Assembly (NCBI GenBank): GCA_963796455.1
Contig: CAWCLO010000001.1
Span: 896,001 to 960,000, forward strand
Length of the DNA stretch: 64,000 nt
Direction: 5' to 3'
Source: Candidatus Sulfomarinibacteraceae bacterium
Lineage (GTDB): Bacteria > Acidobacteriota > Thermoanaerobaculia > Thermoanaerobaculales > Sulfomarinibacteraceae
Under the pieces are notes generated by a model. The model saw nothing but the letters and a program-made list of their open reading frames with translations. It did not search any database and had not been told where the DNA came from. A program made the translations under genes and the position numbers. The first letter of the stretch is position 1. Each line of letters starts with the position of its first letter. Positions 17,281-26,163 of the stretch are shown here, piece by piece.

Positions 17281-19590
17281 ATGCCAGCTTCAGCAAAAAC
17301 AGGTCGTACAGCTCTCGCCGCAGTCGCACTGGCGGCGGTGTTCTTGGCTGTACCGGCTGTCCGTCATGCCGCCGCCCAGGACGGCCGGGAAGGACGTGGT
17401 TCGATCCGGCGGATGGAACGGTTGAGTTCAGTGAAGGGGTGGGCCCTCACCGACTCCGCCCTTCTGGTCACACTTGATGGGGGGGCAGGATGGACGGACC
17501 TGGCCCCCGGGCAAACCCTTGAAGGCGTCACTGATGTATTTTTCCTTTCCGATACCGAGCTGCGATTGGCCGGTGTCAGCTCCAGCTCACCCGGGATGTT
17601 GATGACGGCCGCCACAGCCGACGGCGGCGATTCGTGGCGAAAACGGGTGATCGAGACGAGCGCGCTGGCGCCAGGGCGGATCTACATCGACGCCCGGCTC
17701 CACTTTCTCGATAGGACACACGGCTGGCTTCTCGGTCGGGTGGCGACGAGCACAGCATTCAGCGTCGCCGAGTTGCTGCGCACCTCCGATGGCGGGAAAA
17801 CCTGGGGACGCCTGCCTCCCCCACCCGCGGCCGGCCGCTTTGTCTTTGTCGACTCCGATCACGGCTTTATGACCGGCGCGCCGGTGAGCGAAAGGCTTTA
17901 TCGGACTCACGACGGAGGACGGAGCTGGGAAGAGGTCGAACTATCCCTCCCAGTGGAGCAGGGCATGGCCCTGTATGACCTCCCCACCTTCCTCTCGCCT
18001 GCGAAGGCCACCCTGGCGGTCACCCTCCGCGGTGAGGGCCCGCGCGCGCTCGAATTCGTGACCCTCGACAGCGGAAACAGTTGGCTGCCCTCGGGATCCA
18101 TGGCACTTCCGCCGGGGGATTACGACTCAGCGGTACCGATCGCGCTTGCCGAAAGGAGCGAAACTGGAGATATTCCTTTGGTCGCCGTGAGGACATTCTC
18201 GGTTGCTCCTGACGGCTCCTCCTGGGCGTTGATCGCCGAGGGCGGTTGTACCGAGGGATCATGTCAACAGGTGACGCGTCTGGTGGATGTGGATAAGCGG
18301 AGTCCGACGGCCGGACCCACCGTGGACCATCTGGTACGTACTCTGAAGGGACCTCAGTTCAATCCAGAACAAAAGAACTCGAGCGAAAAAACCGCGCTCA
18401 GCCTCGACCTCGGCTTCGATAAGTGTGCCGCCGGAACCACGACACAAATGCGGGCGTGGTGGGACAATAGCCCCTACAGGGACGCCAACATCTACTTCGG
18501 AGGCGCGGCCCGGGCCTGCTCCCAGATCCACCTCGATGCGGACTGGGTGGCCACGGTTTTCGAGCAGGGCTGGCAGTTGATCCCAACCTGGGTTGGTCCG
18601 CAGGCTCCATGTACCCGCTATTCGAGAAGGATCAGCTCCAACCCTGGCGAGGCGCGTACCGATGCCGTCGCTGAGGCCGGGATGGCGGTCGCGGCCGCCG
18701 CGAATCTCGGTCTCGGGCCGGGCACTCCCCTCTACTACGACGTCGAGTATTACGACGAGAACGACCAGGAGTGCTCTGCGGCCATGCGTGAGTTCATCGA
18801 TGCGTGGACCACAAGCGTCAATGACCTCGGCTATCTGGCGGGTGCCTACGGCAACGCGAGGAATATCCAGAACGATTGGATTCCCGGGGTCATCAACAAC
18901 CCGCCGGACGCCGTCTGGCTTGTGCCCTGGGTCTGCGGCAGGACGTCCACCTGCGACTGGACACCCACCGTTTTCGGCGTTCCGGGTCTGGACGACTCCT
19001 ACTGGTCCGGTTACCGCCGTATCCGGCAATACTGGGGCCCGCACACCGAGACCTATGGCGGTGTGAGTTTCGAGATCGATGCTGACTACGCCAACGGCCC
19101 AGTGGCCGCAGCGGCCGATAATTCCTCGTGCTGGGAGGCGGCGCCGGCGGGCCACTGGCAGGGCGAATATTTCGACACAACGGATCTGAGCGGGCAGGCA
19201 GTGATGGTGAGGGACGACGGGGACGGCACTCTCGAATTCGAACGGGGTTCGGAGAGCCCCGGTGCACCCTGCGGCCTTCCGACCGACGCCTTCTCCGCCC
19301 GTTGGACACGCTCGGCCCCGTTCGTTGCAGGAATCTACCGATTCACGCTCACCGCCGCTGACGGCGTCCGCCTGTTGATCGACGGTTCCCTTGAAATCGA
19401 CCAATGGAGTGATCAACCACCAACTCAACACAGTGTTCTGGTCACCCTCTCCGATGGTGTCCACACGATCCGCTTCGACCATTTCTCGGCAGGCAACGGC
19501 ACCGAAGCCGAGCTTTCGTGGAAGCGCCTTGCCAACATGAGGCGCGTCCGGCCGAACTCGCGGATCCAACCTGGAGGCAAAGCCAGATGA
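17281..19590 (+). CDS. Secreted protein: BNR/Asp-box propeller + DUF1906 (GH25-like) hydrolase + PA14 domain
   Basis: GGAGG SD before ATG 17281; signal peptide; repeated T.DGG..W; GFDKC...IYFGG..RAC...LIPTWVGPQAPC; W.GEYF...FSARW...DGVRL. Confidence 0.82.
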   Translation: MPASAKTGRTALAAVALAAVFLAVPAVRHAAAQDGREGRGSIRRMERLSSVKGWALTDSALLVTLDGGAGWTDLAPGQTLEGVTDVFFLSDTELRLAGVSSSSPGMLMTAATADGGDSWRKRVIETSALAPGRIYIDARLHFLDRTHGWLLGRVATSTAFSVAELLRTSDGGKTWGRLPPPPAAGRFVFVDSDHGFMTGAPVSERLYRTHDGGRSWEEVELSLPVEQGMALYDLPTFLSPAKATLAVTLRGEGPRALEFVTLDSGNSWLPSGSMALPPGDYDSAVPIALAERSETGDIPLVAVRTFSVAPDGSSWALIAEGGCTEGSCQQVTRLVDVDKRSPTAGPTVDHLVRTLKGPQFNPEQKNSSEKTALSLDLGFDKCAAGTTTQMRAWWDNSPYRDANIYFGGAARACSQIHLDADWVATVFEQGWQLIPTWVGPQAPCTRYSRRISSNPGEARTDAVAEAGMAVAAAANLGLGPGTPLYYDVEYYDENDQECSAAMREFIDAWTTSVNDLGYLAGAYGNARNIQNDWIPGVINNPPDAVWLVPWVCGRTSTCDWTPTVFGVPGLDDSYWSGYRRIRQYWGPHTETYGGVSFEIDADYANGPVAAAADNSSCWEAAPAGHWQGEYFDTTDLSGQAVMVRDDGDGTLEFERGSESPGAPCGLPTDAFSARWTRSAPFVAGIYRFTLTAADGVRLLIDGSLEIDQWSDQPPTQHSVLVTLSDGVHTIRFDHFSAGNGTEAELSWKRLANMRRVRPNSRIQPGGKAR

Positions 19591-19621
19591 TTTTCGAGGA
19601 ACGAGGCAAAGGAACGATCCC

Positions 19622-20506
19622 ATGCACCTTCTGATCACGGACTCAGGCGTCGGCGGATTGTCGGTGTGCGCTTACGCCGAAAATTTTTTGCGGAACCATG
19701 CGGTCGGCGAACCGGTCAAACTGACCTATGTCAACGCGTCCCGGGAAAACGACTTCGGTTACAACTCGATGGCTTCGAGAGAGGAGAAACTGGAGAACTT
19801 CGATCGTTTCCTTCACATTGTTGCCGAACGATTTTCTCCCGATTCAATCTACGTCGCCTGCAACACCCTCTCGGTTCTCATGGCCGACACCGAGTTTGCA
19901 AAGACGACGAGCCTCCCGATGCGCGGGATCGTGGAAACCGGAGTCGACCGCCTCCTCCACGAACTCGAAAATCACCCTGATTCCACAGTGGCGATTTTTG
20001 GTACGCAAACGACGATCGACGAACAGACCTACTCCGATCTGCTGCAAAAGAACGGAATCAACGACAGCCGGATTGTCGCCCAGGCCTGCCCTCCCCTGGC
20101 CGATACCATTTCAGAAGATCTCAAGGGTCTGGATGCGCAGAGAATCGTCAACGAATACGTTGCCGAGGCGATCCGCAGGTCGGTCGCTCCGACAAAACAC
20201 CATCTGACCTATCTCGCCTGCACCCACTACGGCTATCGGAAGGATTTTTTTGCCGCCGCCTTCAAAGCCAACGGGGTTGTCACGCAGATATTCAATCCCA
20301 ACGAAATCGTGGTGGAGGATCTGTTCGTCTCATCGGGGCGCTACGACATCGAAAGTGGCCGGGAAAACCCGGTCGAGGTGGAATTCGTCACCCGCTACCG
20401 GATTCCGGAAACCGCGCTCGAAACCATCAGTTTTTTTCTGGCGGATATTGCACCCAAAACAATCCAGGCCTTCACGAACTACACCTACATTCCGGATCTC
20501 TTCTGA
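19622..20506 (+). CDS. Glutamate/aspartate racemase family protein (MurI-like, cytoplasmic)
   Basis: ITDSGVGGLSV, VACNT, LACTHY. Confidence 0.82.
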   Translation: MHLLITDSGVGGLSVCAYAENFLRNHAVGEPVKLTYVNASRENDFGYNSMASREEKLENFDRFLHIVAERFSPDSIYVACNTLSVLMADTEFAKTTSLPMRGIVETGVDRLLHELENHPDSTVAIFGTQTTIDEQTYSDLLQKNGINDSRIVAQACPPLADTISEDLKGLDAQRIVNEYVAEAIRRSVAPTKHHLTYLACTHYGYRKDFFAAAFKANGVVTQIFNPNEIVVEDLFVSSGRYDIESGRENPVEVEFVTRYRIPETALETISFFLADIAPKTIQAFTNYTYIPDLF

Positions 20507-20816
20507 GCAGACGACCGATCGTCGGAATTACCGGGTGATGGTCACGCGGTAACGGCACCTGACCGCTGTCGCTGAATACTGATCGCTGTTTACGATCGCT
20601 GCTCCCTCTCCCTGTCGCTGGACACCGCCGCTGCAACTCGGGCACGGACACGGGCCTGGGCTTCGGCTATCTGATGGTGATCGGTAGAGGGCGGTTCGGA
20701 AGATCGCGCTCGTTTCTGAGTTCATCTGCGCGATCTGCGGTTTCTCCGCTCCGTTCCGGCGCTTGCATCCTCCAGCTCGCGAAGGGCCCCTACAAATCAG
20801 CACGAGCCCTTCCGGA

Positions 20817-20860
20817 TGTCATCCTGAGCGGAGCGCCCCTGGCGCGGAGTCGAAGGATCT
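20817..20860 (+). repeat. Half-unit of the TGTCATCCTGAGCG-hairpin-AGTCGAAGGATCT palindromic repeat family
   Basis: Same ends as 35825-35869 and 36934-36977. Confidence 0.85.
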
Positions 20861-20892
20861 ATGGCACGGACGGCCCACAATCCGCCTCTCAG

Positions 20893-22068
20893 CTACGCGC
20901 CGGCGACGAGAGACAATAACCACGCGCACAACAGGGCGCCATAAATACCGATCAGATATCCCGAGACACCCATGAGCACGCCCACCGGAGCCAGGGAGCT
21001 TCGGTAGACCGAGGCGACGATCGGCGCCGACACCACCCCACCCACATTCGCCATGCTCCCGGTAGCGACAAAGAACAGTGGGGCGCGTACGAGACGGGCG
21101 ACGAGGAAGAGCACGCCGATGTGGATTGTGAGCCAGATCAATCCCACCGCCAGATAAAGCGGCGCTTCGACAATCGCCTTGAGATCCGCCTGTGCGCCGA
21201 TGGCGGTCAACATCAGATAGAGCGCCAGAGAACCGGCACGCGACGCCCCCACCTGCTCGAGGCCCCGCACCGGCGTGAAGGAAAGCGCCAGACCCAGCGT
21301 GGTCACCAGGACAACCGTCCAGGTCGTGTGGCTGATGATGGTGGGATCACCCAACAGGGGCAGACGGCTTCCCAACCAGATGCATACGGCTGCGGAACCA
21401 AAACCGAGTCCGACGATCATGGCCATGTCCCGGACCTCCATCGGCCGCCGTTTGCTGTCCACCTCGGTGAGTCGACCGTCCAGCGCATCGAGCTCTCCGG
21501 TATCGGCCCGCAACCAGGCGTCGAGCTTTTTCTGCATGTTGCTCAAAAAGAGCAAGACACCCATCCAGCCATACGCAAAGAAGGTGTCCACGACGATGAT
21601 GGGGCCCATCAGGGAGTCCGGAGTGCCCACACTCTCCTTGATCGCCACCATATTGGGTGCACCGCCGATCCAGCTCCCGGCCAGCGCCGCCAGACCCATC
21701 CACGTGTCGTCCGGTAGAAACGGCCCCAGCAGAGCAAGGGCCACCGGCCCGCCGATGATGATTCCCAGTGAACCCGCCAACATCATGATCACCGCCTTGC
21801 CGCCGAGGCGAAGGATGGCGGGAAGATCAACCGTCACCATCAGCAGCACCAGACTGACCGGCAGCAAGTAGCGCACCATCCAGTCGTAGGCCACCGAGCT
21901 CTGTGGAATAATGCCGAAACTGGTGCTCAGTGCCGGCAGGAAATAGGCGTAGATGACAGCCGGCGTCACCTTGAACAACGGCCGGAATCGAGGCATACCG
22001 GTGAGCCAGAAGACGCCTCCGAGAAGACACGCGAGGTATATGAAAACGGCCGTGGGGTCGGTGATCAT
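20893..22068 (-). CDS. DUF819 family membrane protein (putative transporter)
   Basis: About 11 hydrophobic segments; GSWIGG..N...AI and SMANVGG..SAP motifs. Confidence 0.8.
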   Translation of the reverse strand: MITDPTAVFIYLACLLGGVFWLTGMPRFRPLFKVTPAVIYAYFLPALSTSFGIIPQSSVAYDWMVRYLLPVSLVLLMVTVDLPAILRLGGKAVIMMLAGSLGIIIGGPVALALLGPFLPDDTWMGLAALAGSWIGGAPNMVAIKESVGTPDSLMGPIIVVDTFFAYGWMGVLLFLSNMQKKLDAWLRADTGELDALDGRLTEVDSKRRPMEVRDMAMIVGLGFGSAAVCIWLGSRLPLLGDPTIISHTTWTVVLVTTLGLALSFTPVRGLEQVGASRAGSLALYLMLTAIGAQADLKAIVEAPLYLAVGLIWLTIHIGVLFLVARLVRAPLFFVATGSMANVGGVVSAPIVASVYRSSLAPVGVLMGVSGYLIGIYGALLCAWLLSLVAGA

Positions 22069-22086
22069 CGTCTCCTCTTCGCCCCC

Positions 22087-22755
22087 TCAGGGAGGACCAT
22101 CGAGCCCAAGATCCGCCACGGCTTCTCGCACCGAGGTCATGAATCGCTCTCCCGGGTCGATCTTCTCCGTCCTGTAGCTCGGATCCATCTCCAACCACAA
22201 CGGGTGGCCCTCGAAATCGAGATATTCCATGTGGCCGATGAGGTACCTGATGGTGGAGTATTTCCCGGCGAGATACCTGACGAGACGAATGTTGGCCTCG
22301 AGTTGTGCGTCGGTGAGGTTGTCGATGCCCTTACCGCCACCAACGTTCTCGACACCGATTGACGAGTAGTTGAGACCGATGCAGTGTCTGGCCATCCAGG
22401 TCTCGGGCATGAGCCGGTAGACCCTTCCGTCGCGATCAACCAGGAATTGGATCGAGACGTTGACATCCCCGGCGCCGGCAAGACCGGGTCGAGACCCACC
22501 CAGTTCCTCCGGGTCGAAGGCGGCGAAGCTCTCTTCGAAACCATCGATGGCGGTCCAGTGCAGCACGATGATGCGGGGCACGATCGAGATATCACCCGGA
22601 ATTTCACCATAGTGGTCCGCGATGTACTGCAGCGTGCCGCTCGTGCGATCGGCAGAAAATTGAATCGGGCGATCGCGGATCTTGAGCCCGTGGGCACAGC
22701 CGGAGAGCGCCAGAATTGACGCGAGGCACACAATGGGCAGACGAGCTTGACGCAT
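22087..22755 (-). CDS. N-acetylmuramoyl-L-alanine amidase (Amidase_2), lipoprotein
   Basis: LSGC lipobox; VLHWT, ARHC, SIGVEN, IGH, KIDPG. Confidence 0.88.
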   Translation of the reverse strand: MRQARLPIVCLASILALSGCAHGLKIRDRPIQFSADRTSGTLQYIADHYGEIPGDISIVPRIIVLHWTAIDGFEESFAAFDPEELGGSRPGLAGAGDVNVSIQFLVDRDGRVYRLMPETWMARHCIGLNYSSIGVENVGGGKGIDNLTDAQLEANIRLVRYLAGKYSTIRYLIGHMEYLDFEGHPLWLEMDPSYRTEKIDPGERFMTSVREAVADLGLDGPP

Positions 22756-22874
22756 AGACCGACCTTTCGCGGCAAGTCTACTTCATACATCTCTGCCGAC
22801 GATCGAGCTCCCACCTTCGAAGAAATCGCAGATCAAACCGGACAAGCATCGGCTCTCGCCATCGACGCCTTCAA

Positions 22875-23870
22875 TCAACGACTCGCACCCACCGCCACTT
22901 TTCGTACCAACAACCAAAGAAAGAACGGAGCACCCAGGAACGCGGTGATCACACCGACCGGAAGCTCGGCCGGCGCCAACACCACCCGGGCCGCCGTATC
23001 GCAGAGCACCAGAAAGGAACCGCCAAAGAGGAGAGTGGCCGGCAGCAGTAAGCGGTGACTCGAACCGATCAGCAGACGGCAGATGTGGGGCGCCATCATG
23101 CCGATAAAACCGACCGGACCACAGGCCGCCACCACACCACCGACCATGACCGAGGTTGCGAGAAACAGAACCGTTCGGGTCCTCGCCACGTCCACCCCGC
23201 GGCTGGCCGCAATTTCCGGGCCGGTGGCCAGCAGGTCGAGGGATCGCGCGTGCCATCCAACCACCACTGCACCAACCGCCACAACCGGTGCAACGTGGAA
23301 CAGCGTCGAATAATCGACCGCACCGAGACCGCCCATCAGCCAACGAATGATGCGAAAGCTGTCGCCCAGCGACGCCGTGTACTGAATGAAGAGAATCAGG
23401 CTCGAGAAAAAGAAGTTCATCGCGACGCCCGCCAACAACAGAACGGTCGTGGAGAGACCGGGGCGGAGTTGGGTCAGTGCCCACACAACGCCGATTGCCA
23501 TCAGGGCTCCTGCAAAGGCCCCCATCGTGGTGGCCGACAAACCACCGATGACGGCGGTCCAACCGAGGCGGCTGACCAGCGCCACGCCAAAGGAGGCGCC
23601 TCCGGCCACACCGAGGGTATAGGGGGTGGCCAGAGGATTTCGAAAAATCGCCTGAAAGACCGCACCACCGAGGGCGAGGCCGGCGCCACCGAGAAAAGCC
23701 GCCAGCACCCGCGGCACCCTGATCTGCCAGAAGATGATGGCTGATGGATCGGTCCCGCGCGGATCGCCGATCACCGACAAGGGAAGCTGATGGATTCCCA
23801 CCAGGGGCATCAGAACAAGCACGAAAAGGGCGAACATACCCAGCAAGCACAAAACCAAACGCGGTCTCAT
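22875..23870 (-). CDS. btuC: Cobalamin/iron ABC transporter permease (FecCD family)
   Basis: RVPRV, FRNPLA.PY.LGV, G.IGF..PH, ELPVGV...GAPFF; downstream of a B12 riboswitch. Confidence 0.85.
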   Translation of the reverse strand: MRPRLVLCLLGMFALFVLVLMPLVGIHQLPLSVIGDPRGTDPSAIIFWQIRVPRVLAAFLGGAGLALGGAVFQAIFRNPLATPYTLGVAGGASFGVALVSRLGWTAVIGGLSATTMGAFAGALMAIGVVWALTQLRPGLSTTVLLLAGVAMNFFFSSLILFIQYTASLGDSFRIIRWLMGGLGAVDYSTLFHVAPVVAVGAVVVGWHARSLDLLATGPEIAASRGVDVARTRTVLFLATSVMVGGVVAACGPVGFIGMMAPHICRLLIGSSHRLLLPATLLFGGSFLVLCDTAARVVLAPAELPVGVITAFLGAPFFLWLLVRKVAVGASR

Positions 23871-24667
23871 GAACCGTTCCTTGCCGGAAATACCAGCGGC
23901 AGCCCCCGGGCGCCGCCCGCCACGAGTGTGAAATCCGCACCGTAGATCTCGGTCAGGGTCCGCTCGTCGAGCAACTCCGCCGGCGATCCCGAGAAGACGA
24001 CCCGCCCCCCCTTGAGCGCCAGCACTGCGTCCGACACGGCAACGGTGCTGTTGAGATCATGGGTGACCGCAACGACCGTCAGATCTCTTTCGTGGTGGAG
24101 ACGGTCGATGAGGTCGAGGATCTGGACCTGGTGGTGGTAGTCGAGAAAACTGGTGGGTTCATCGAGAAGGAGGATCGACGCTCCCTGTGCGAGCGCCGCG
24201 GCAATAGAAGCGCGCTGCCGCTCACCACCCGAGAGGGTCGACAGGGGGCGGTCGGCAAGCTGGTCGACGCTGGTCAGCTCCATTGCCTCCACCACCACTT
24301 CGCGATCATCGACCGTCATCGCCGCCCACGCGCTGAGGTATGGAAAGCGGCCCATCTCGACAAAGGCCCGTACGGAAAAGTCGAGCACACCGGCATCCGG
24401 TTGCGGGACAAAGCTCACCGTGCGGGCGAGCTCGCGACGGTTGTAGCTCGAGATCTCTCGTCCATCGATCTGCACCCCTCCGCTCGAAGCCGCGACAATT
24501 CCGTCCAGACACCGGAGGAGCGTGCTCTTGCCGGCGCCGTTGGGGCCGATCACCGTCAAGAACTCACCCGGCTCGACGGCACACGAGACGCCACCGAGGA
24601 TCACGGCATCGCCGAGGCGTACGCTCAGTTCGTCGACAAGGATCCGCGCGCTCACCGGGGCCCCCAA
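23867..24667 (-). CDS. btuD: Cobalamin/iron ABC transporter ATPase
   Basis: GPNGAGKST, LSGGERQR, LLLDEPT, THDLN. Confidence 0.85.
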   Translation of the reverse strand: MGAPVSARILVDELSVRLGDAVILGGVSCAVEPGEFLTVIGPNGAGKSTLLRCLDGIVAASSGGVQIDGREISSYNRRELARTVSFVPQPDAGVLDFSVRAFVEMGRFPYLSAWAAMTVDDREVVVEAMELTSVDQLADRPLSTLSGGERQRASIAAALAQGASILLLDEPTSFLDYHHQVQILDLIDRLHHERDLTVVAVTHDLNSTVAVSDAVLALKGGRVVFSGSPAELLDERTLTEIYGADFTLVAGGARGLPLVFPARNGS

Positions 24668-25563
24668 TCAAGTTCGGGATGGAGAGCCCGGGCCACCGTC
24701 TCCACGATCAGGGGCAAGCGGGGCCCCGGAACAACCATCACGTCATCGGCGAGCACCGTGACCCGGCCCGCGCGAACCGCCCGCAGCTCGGTCATCGAGT
24801 TCCAGCCCAACCGCACGAGAGCGAGATCAATATTCCGGCTTTCAACGGCGGCTATGACATCCAGGACCACATCCGGATCGAGGGCTGTCATTCCTTCGCG
24901 AGAAAGTTCAGGATACAAAGCCAACCCGGTTTCCACGGCGTTCGAGCCACCGGCCAATTCCAGCACGTCGTCATAGAAGGTATCGGGCCCCGCGGCCCAG
25001 ACGCTCGGCACGGTCGAAGCGCCGATCTCGTGCCCGACCACGACCAGGGTACGCGGCCGGGGTCGGTCGGCGACCATCCGCGTCACCTCGGCCATTCGCT
25101 CTTCGATGCTGCGGTGCAGCACCTCGCCCCGATCCGCAACGCCACACGCGCGGCCGAGCACCGTCATCGATTGCAACACATCGCCGACATCGCTCTGATC
25201 GACCTGTAATACCTCGAGACCCAATGATTGCAGTCGCTTGCGGGCATCCGCGCTCGATGGAATCAGAACCACGAGATCGGGTTGCAGCGCGACGATCGCC
25301 TCGTAGTTGGGATCGAGGTGGCCACCGACCTGCGGCAGCCCTTTGACCTCAGGCGGGTGGGCGCAGTAACGCGTCACACCGACGACCCGGTCACCGACAC
25401 CGAGAGCGAAGAGGGTCTCGGTCAGGCTGGGTGCGAGCGAGACGATTCGTTGCGGAGCGGTGTCGGGGCCAACCGATGCAGGGTGATCGACGAGAGGCGC
25501 AGCACAGCCACCCAGCACCACGAGCGCCGCCGACAAAACCCGACAAGATCTCCCGTTCGCCAT
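24652..25563 (-). CDS. btuF: Cobalamin-binding lipoprotein (helical-backbone metal receptor)
   Basis: LGGC lipobox; RIVSLAPSLTETLFALG, VGVT.YC..P, PGPRL. Confidence 0.85.
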   Translation of the reverse strand: MANGRSCRVLSAALVVLGGCAAPLVDHPASVGPDTAPQRIVSLAPSLTETLFALGVGDRVVGVTRYCAHPPEVKGLPQVGGHLDPNYEAIVALQPDLVVLIPSSADARKRLQSLGLEVLQVDQSDVGDVLQSMTVLGRACGVADRGEVLHRSIEERMAEVTRMVADRPRPRTLVVVGHEIGASTVPSVWAAGPDTFYDDVLELAGGSNAVETGLALYPELSREGMTALDPDVVLDVIAAVESRNIDLALVRLGWNSMTELRAVRAGRVTVLADDVMVVPGPRLPLIVETVARALHPELDWGPR

Positions 25564-25575
25564 CGACCTCCCGAC

Positions 25576-25606
25576 AAAAAATCCCGGGCCTTCGATGGCC
25601 CGGGAT
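25576..25606 (-). terminator. Attenuator terminator of the B12 riboswitch leader
   Basis: Minus strand ATCCCGGGCC-atcgaa-GGCCCGGGAT-TTTTT, just upstream of the btuF SD. Confidence 0.82.
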
Positions 25607-25669
25607 GCCGTTTTTCATCCACGGTTCACGTCGCCGACCCCACACCACGAGGATCGTCCGTCTCCCACT

Positions 25670-25820
25670 CGGGGTCGGGTCTTCTGACTCCCGGATCACT
25701 CTACTGACCGGACCTTCCCATGATCAATCGACCACAGTGGATCCCCCGGCCTTCGTCCCCGGTCACAGCGGCGGGTCCGTGACGGATTTGCACCGTCTTC
25801 TCCGCTCCCCAAGCGTCTCC
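25670..25820 (-). promoter_or_regulatory. Cobalamin riboswitch
   Basis: Minus strand: GAGAA-GACGGTGCAAATCCGTC-ACGGACCCGCCGCTGTGA ... CCACTG ... GGGAAGG ... GAGTCAGAAGACC; lies upstream of btuF-like genes. Confidence 0.92.
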
Positions 25821-25886
25821 GAGTGTAGCGCCATCGGAGGCAAACTCAAAGATGGTGTTCGAGACGGCCTTTTTTCGGTCATGAAA

Positions 25887-26046
25887 AACCACGGAGCCAC
25901 AGAGGCACAGAGGATGGCACTGAGTGTTTCATGGTTGGCGATGGAAAAGCAGTCGAAAATCCGAATATTGGCTGCCTCACGGCGTGGGAGCGCTGACTCT
26001 CAGAAAATCTCTGTGAGCTTCTCTGTGTCTCCGTGCCTCTGTGGTT
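25887..26046. repeat. Inverted pair of short CACAGAG/CACGGAG triplets
   Basis: aaccacggagccacagaggcacagag ... ctctgtgtctccgtgcctctgtggtt. Confidence 0.8.
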
Positions 26047-26107
26047 GTCCGATGCCGGCGTTCGGTAATCGGTCCGCAGGAAAGCACTCTTCTGACCCGG
26101 AATCGAC

Positions 26108-26139
26108 AAAAAAAGGCGCCCCGGAGACCGGGGCGCCTT
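26108..26139 (-). terminator. Intrinsic terminator of the protease gene
   Basis: GGCGCCCCGG-tct-CCGGGGCGCC-T7 on the minus strand. Confidence 0.88.
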
Positions 26140-26163
26140 GTGAAAAGAGGTCGAGGGGCCTGG

